NCBI GenBank assembly: GCA_965198175.1
Contig: OZ240245.1
Coordinates: 3,936,001 to 4,000,000 of the forward strand
Length of the DNA: 64,000 nt
Origin: Candidatus Poribacteria bacterium
Lineage (GTDB): Bacteria > Poribacteria > WGA-4E > PCPOR2b
Direction of reading: 5' to 3'
Each line of letters begins with the position of its first letter. Position 1 is the first letter of the stretch. The notes below the pieces were generated by a model. It had not been told where the DNA came from and made no database searches. It was given only the letters and a program-made list of their open reading frames with translations. This document shows positions 59,158 to 64,000 of the stretch, one piece after another. The translations under genes were made by a program, and so were the position numbers.

Positions 59158-60045
59158 ATGAGAACGCACATCATCACCCGTGACCACATTGTTTATAGTT
59201 TCAGCCGAGAGCATCGCCCAGTTCGAAAAATCGATGCGGGCGACAAAATCTGCTTTGAAACCTATGATGCGAGAACCGGTACCATTCGGAGTGAGGACAA
59301 TCTCCTGGACCACCCGCACCCACTCGGTGCGAATCCAGCAACTGGACCAGTCTTCGTACGTGGTGCCGAACCGGGTGATACGCTACGCGTTGAGATGCTA
59401 GAGGTCCAACTTGCATCACAGGGCTTCATCGCTATCAAGGCGGGGTTAGGAAATTTGGGACATCTCGCCGAAAGGTATGTGACTCGGCTCGTTCGGATTG
59501 AAGACGGCATCGTGTACTTTGATGATCGCCTCCGCTTTCCTGTTCGCCCGATGATTGGCGTCATTGGCACCGCACCTGCCGGAGAAGCTGTCCCTACGCT
59601 TTACCCCGGTCCGCATGGCGGCAACATGGATCACAATGATGTAAAAGTAGGTTCATGTGTTCATCTACCTGTTTTTGTAGAGGGCGCACTGTTTGGGCTT
59701 GGAGATGTTCATGCGGCGATGGGAGACGCTGAGGTCACAATGACCGGAATAGAGATTTGCGCTGAAGTCACCGTACGAGTGACTCTCATCAAAGATGAAT
59801 CAATCCCCCGTCCGTGGATCGAGACCGATGAGTCATGGATTACGACGGGTGATGCGCCCTATCTTGCCGATGCCATCACCGTTGCCTGTGAAGAAATGGC
59901 GAATCTTCTCCAGCATAAACTATCCGTTTCATTCGACGACGCCTATCTGCTGATGAGTGCCATCGGCGACGTGCGAATTAGCCAATCCTGCCAACCGAAT
60001 CAATTTCCTGCCACAATTCGCGTAGTTTTTCCAAAGATCAGTTGA
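59158..60045 (+). CDS. Acetamidase/formamidase family protein
   Basis: NPATGPVFV.GAEPGD, PMIGVIG.AP, HGGNMD, GDVHAAMGD.E. Confidence 0.9.
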   Translation: MRTHIITRDHIVYSFSREHRPVRKIDAGDKICFETYDARTGTIRSEDNLLDHPHPLGANPATGPVFVRGAEPGDTLRVEMLEVQLASQGFIAIKAGLGNLGHLAERYVTRLVRIEDGIVYFDDRLRFPVRPMIGVIGTAPAGEAVPTLYPGPHGGNMDHNDVKVGSCVHLPVFVEGALFGLGDVHAAMGDAEVTMTGIEICAEVTVRVTLIKDESIPRPWIETDESWITTGDAPYLADAITVACEEMANLLQHKLSVSFDDAYLLMSAIGDVRISQSCQPNQFPATIRVVFPKIS

Positions 60046-60367
60046 TACTTCTAGGGACAAAAAACTGAGTCGCTTTCTTGCATTGATGCTTTGCCACTGA
60101 AAAGAATCTTGACCTTGACGGCTGAGATATGGTATATTTTCCACGTTCTGAGCGGATTCGGAGTTCAAATTTTGTAGGAGGCGAAAATAGAATTGTAGAC
60201 AATTCGCCCCGGCGATTCGAGAACATCAATTAACTTCGTACATATCAGGTCAATCCCCAAAAGTTACCAAAGTTAAGAAGACAAAGCGGAACGATATATT
60301 GATGTAGCGTCTGAAAATTTAGAAGGATTTATCAGCCCCGATCAAAGACGTTCAATAATTATCGAAG

Positions 60368-60423
60368 AAAAGCCCATGTCTGAGTTCGGTTCCGAAAACC
60401 GGATTCGGTTGTGGGCTTTTTTT
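60368..60423 (+). terminator. Intrinsic terminator-like hairpin
   Basis: AAAAGCCCAT...GTGGGCTTTTTTT. Confidence 0.6.
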
Positions 60424-60605
60424 AATATAACGTTCCACTAACACGATACAAGTTTTACAACCGCTGTGAATTGATGATTGGAAGGGATTTTGTACTGAAT
60501 TTTACAGGATTCCATGTTAGTTGCGCGTAGGAATGCAATATCATCGGCTCTATCAATAATCGCACCCACCTCACAAGTTGGTAGACCGTTGGAAAGAGCA
60601 ATCGA

Positions 60606-62303
60606 ATGACAAATGACGAAATTAGCGAAGTATTGAGAAATATCAGCAATCTGCTTCAGATTCAAGGCGAAGACTCCTTCCGCGCCAGAATTTATGAGAG
60701 ATCGGCAGAGTCGATCGAGTCGCTCACCGTTGATTTAGATCGGTTGGTTGAAGAGGAACGGCTTCGCTCGATTCCGGGTATCGGCAAAGCGATCGAGCAG
60801 AAGATTATCGAAATGTTGGAGACAGGGCGATGCCGTTTCTATGACAACTTAATTCAAGAGATGGGCTCCGAGGTGCTGGATCTGCTACGAGTGCGAGGGG
60901 TTGGGACGAAAACAGCCTGTCGCTTCTACCAAGAGTTAGGCGTGAAAAGTCCAAGCGATCTCCGGGAAGCAATTGATAGTGGTCAACTCCATGAAATGAA
61001 GCGGATGGGCGCCAAGACAATCGCGGCAATTGATGAGGGATTGCAATTTCTTGAAGCGCAATGGCAAAAGCGTCCACTCTGGAAGATTCTACCGATTGCT
61101 CACGTCGTTCTTGATGCGTTAGAGCATTGTGATGAAATCGGACGAATTGATTTCACAGGAGATTTCCGAAGGCGCGAAGAGGTATTACAAAGCCTTGAGT
61201 TAATAGCTGAATGCGAAAACCCGCCAGCGATTGCTGAAATCTTGTCCGGGATAGATGGCGTTAAATCGGCGGAATTGGAGAATGATGTATTAGTCGTTGC
61301 ATCTGTGGATGCTGGATTTCCACTACGCATCTATTGTTTCGGGTCAGAGACGTATGAAGAAGGGCTGTTAATGACGACGGGCCTTGATGCGCACATAGCG
61401 AAACTCAATCAGATTGCTATAACGCGAAACCTTGATGAGTTGTGCACGCTCTTGCCCGTCTGGTGCAAAAATAAGACAGAGTCTGACATCTACAATCAAC
61501 TTGGATTGCCTTTCATCGCTCCTGAATTACGAGGGACCGCAGATGCGATTGAAGCGGCATTGACAGGCGATCTGCCGATACTTATTGAGCCTGGAGATCT
61601 CCGCTGCGATCTCCATATCCACACCGATTGGAGCGATGGACGGCATTCGATCAGAGAGATGATAGAAGCTGCCAAGGCGTTTGGACATGAATACATCGCT
61701 ATCACCGATCACTCAGAATCATCACGGGTAGCAAATGGATTGACTCCTGAACGGCTCCTGGAACAGATTAAACACATCCGCGAAATCAATGCGGAAATTG
61801 ACAACATCGAAGTGCTAGCTGGCTCTGAAGTCGATATCCGCACAGATGGAAGCCTCGACTTTTCCGATGAAATCCTGGAGCAACTCGATATCGTTATCGC
61901 AAGTGTTCATACTGGCTTCACGTTCAGCGAAGCAGAGATGACAGCGCGCGTGATTCGTGCCATTGAAAATCCGTTTGTCACGATTATCGGCCACCCAACA
62001 GGACGGTTACTTGGTCGGCGTCCGGGGTATGCAATTGGCCTTGATGCAGTCATCAGCGCAGCCGCTGCTCATGATGTTGTGTTAGAAATTAACGCATCCC
62101 CAAGCCGGTTGGATCTCGAGCCAAGTGTCGCCCGACATGCGCGGAGAAACGGGGTTTTACTAGCGATTAATACAGATGCTCATGCGACCAAACAGGTCGA
62201 ACACATCGCGTTTGGCGTCAACGTTGCACGGCGGGGTTGGCTAGAGAAGGAGGATGTAATCAATACCTATCCGTTGGAGGTGTTGAAGAAGATTATCTCT
62301 TGA
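60606..62303 (+). CDS. polX: DNA polymerase X / PHP-domain protein
   Basis: FRARIY, HhH motifs IPGIG and VRGVG.KT, PELR, PHP motifs DLHIHT..SDG, ITDHS, HPTGR, NTDAH. Confidence 0.9.
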   Translation: MTNDEISEVLRNISNLLQIQGEDSFRARIYERSAESIESLTVDLDRLVEEERLRSIPGIGKAIEQKIIEMLETGRCRFYDNLIQEMGSEVLDLLRVRGVGTKTACRFYQELGVKSPSDLREAIDSGQLHEMKRMGAKTIAAIDEGLQFLEAQWQKRPLWKILPIAHVVLDALEHCDEIGRIDFTGDFRRREEVLQSLELIAECENPPAIAEILSGIDGVKSAELENDVLVVASVDAGFPLRIYCFGSETYEEGLLMTTGLDAHIAKLNQIAITRNLDELCTLLPVWCKNKTESDIYNQLGLPFIAPELRGTADAIEAALTGDLPILIEPGDLRCDLHIHTDWSDGRHSIREMIEAAKAFGHEYIAITDHSESSRVANGLTPERLLEQIKHIREINAEIDNIEVLAGSEVDIRTDGSLDFSDEILEQLDIVIASVHTGFTFSEAEMTARVIRAIENPFVTIIGHPTGRLLGRRPGYAIGLDAVISAAAAHDVVLEINASPSRLDLEPSVARHARRNGVLLAINTDAHATKQVEHIAFGVNVARRGWLEKEDVINTYPLEVLKKIIS

Positions 62304-62543
62304 TATAGATATAGAATCTATCTGGAAACCCTTCCCCAAGCTGTTCTGAATCCAACGGCTTCGATAAAAGGATAAGAGGGCGCCGGAATGGAAAAACCCC
62401 CTACTTCTATTGATTCCCCATTAACCATCATTTTTCAAAATAGCACGCGAGCAAAATGCTTTCCTGCACTTTTTCTTTGACATCACCGGGCGGTTATGGT
62501 AGATTTCCGTTGAATCTTAAATTAGGTCGAACCTGAGTAAACC

Positions 62544-64000
62544 ATGAAAATCCGTATTGAGAATCAAATCTTTGATGTCGACGAAGACACATTGTCGGAA
62601 TGGATAAAGATGGGGCGTATCTCCGCAGATGCATCCATTTTTTTCGACGGTCGGTGGCTGCCGATTGGCGAATTAGAAGGTTTTCACCAGCTAAGGTCGG
62701 CTGAAAATCAACCGGACACTGACAGCCTACAAGGCGAAGCATCTGAGAGGGATTCCCTTGCGGAGAAGGGATTTCTCGCCTCTCAGCGGAGTTACGCAAC
62801 GGTGACGTTGAGCCTAATTGCGGTAAATACCATCATCTACCTGTTGCTAGATGAAGTGATGAGAGGTTCAAGAAATGCACTGACCTTGATCCAGTTTGGT
62901 GCATATTCTCATCGCCTAGTCGTTTACGATGGCGAGTATTGGCGACTCATTACGCACACTTTCTTGCACGGTGGCAGTCTCCATCTTCTGCTAAACATGG
63001 GCGTGCTCTTTGTAGTTGGAAATTTGCTTGAAAGACTATATGGGGGATCACGATTCTTAGTTCTCTATCTGTTTTCGGCAATTGGCGGCAGCTTGGCGAC
63101 TTTGTATTTTGTCAGGGATGCCCCCAGTGTAGGCGCTTCGGGCGCAATCTTTGGACTAATGGGAGCTCTGGTTGCACTTGGACTGCGGTATAGAGATCGA
63201 CTCCCTCGTCGGCGAAATCGGATTTTCGGCTTGGGACTTCTCCCATTTATTGCATGTGATATCTTTCTTGGGTTTACATTTCCGCACATCAACAACGCCG
63301 CTCATCTTGGTGGTTTAGCGGTCGGATTTGCAGGGGGACTAATTTTAACACCGGCAATCTACGCCAACTCTGAACACGAACCGAAGTCAGTTCAAGCACT
63401 TGCATCGGTGTTGACGGGTATGGTCATCACGTGTAGTGCAGTTGCGGTCTGGCATTTTTTTGCGGACTCCGAGCAGACGATTGAAAGACGGATGAATACG
63501 GCGTTCCCTCCGTTGTCTGTAGAGAGTCTCCCCGATTATATCCAACGCTATGAGAAAGCGTTACGCCGAAAAGGTTATAATCCTGAAGAATACGCATTTC
63601 TCGAAGAGCTCTATTGGTGGGCGCGTGACAATTCGCCCGAAGATACTTCATGGACGGCTAAGCTCATACGATTCTACGAACAAGCGCTCCGCGCAGATCC
63701 CCATAACGCTGCGTGGAACAACAATCTGGCGTGGCTTTATGTTGAACAACAGATGATGCCACAAAAAGCCGTTGAATACGCACAAAAAGCTGTCATGCAT
63801 GACCCCAGAAAGACCGTCTTTCTGGATACCCTTGCATGGGCATACCTACGGAACACGCAGCATGACAGAGCGCTGAAAACATTCGAGCAAGTTTTCTTAA
63901 GCGCTTCAGAAACCGAGGCGGATCTGCACGCCCAAGGAAGTAGCTGGAAAGGCTTGACGGACTTAGTCCAGTCAGAAATTAAATCAGAAAAATCACAAGA
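62544..64000 (+). CDS. Rhomboid intramembrane serine protease with C-terminal TPRs, 3'-truncated by window edge
   Basis: Manual translation: GEYWRLITHTFLHG..HLLLNM, VGASGAIFG, NAAHLGG, then DPHNAAWNNNLAW...LDTLAWAY. Missing from the ORF track because no stop lies in the window. Confidence 0.9.
   Translation, partial: MKIRIENQIFDVDEDTLSEWIKMGRISADASIFFDGRWLPIGELEGFHQLRSAENQPDTDSLQGEASERDSLAEKGFLASQRSYATVTLSLIAVNTIIYLLLDEVMRGSRNALTLIQFGAYSHRLVVYDGEYWRLITHTFLHGGSLHLLLNMGVLFVVGNLLERLYGGSRFLVLYLFSAIGGSLATLYFVRDAPSVGASGAIFGLMGALVALGLRYRDRLPRRRNRIFGLGLLPFIACDIFLGFTFPHINNAAHLGGLAVGFAGGLILTPAIYANSEHEPKSVQALASVLTGMVITCSAVAVWHFFADSEQTIERRMNTAFPPLSVESLPDYIQRYEKALRRKGYNPEEYAFLEELYWWARDNSPEDTSWTAKLIRFYEQALRADPHNAAWNNNLAWLYVEQQMMPQKAVEYAQKAVMHDPRKTVFLDTLAWAYLRNTQHDRALKTFEQVFLSASETEADLHAQGSSWKGLTDLVQSEIKSEKSQ

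Noticed and set aside
62544..64000. Rhomboid as the processing enzyme for the W-x-x-(I/L)-K tail
   Set aside because: The tail has no transmembrane helix and there is no genetic linkage.

Overview
A 64 kb bacterial chromosomal window of roughly 50% GC. The five LamG/concanavalin-like proteins and TolB-like proteins sharing a C-terminal 'V..xxKLAxxWxxIK' tail suggest Candidatus Poribacteria (inference, not verified). Housekeeping content: ino1, mutL, rfbB, a MoxR-DUF58-vWA operon, speE, mazG, recR-ybaB-dnaX, a large Alu-type SRP RNA, six tRNAs with tadA, polX and a rhomboid protease. The main accessory region (about 12.9-21.2 kb) lies downstream of tRNA-Asn. It holds an intact IS701, a decaying type I R-M locus (hsdS, frameshifted hsdM, no hsdR) and an array of three units, each bounded by the same 17-bp inverted repeat (TGTCTGRACTGTGATTT) and built around GxxExxY genes. 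One unit is intact, one is frameshifted, and in one the gene middle is replaced by MNT-HEPN and DUF1761 cargo. A synonymous-diverged copy of the hsdM 5' end sits between two of the units. The two best candidates for undescribed systems are this integrase-free, IR-bounded GxxExxY cassette array and the short C-terminal motif shared by seven exported proteins of two folds, a putative sorting signal. All family assignments come from motif recognition by eye; no searches were run.
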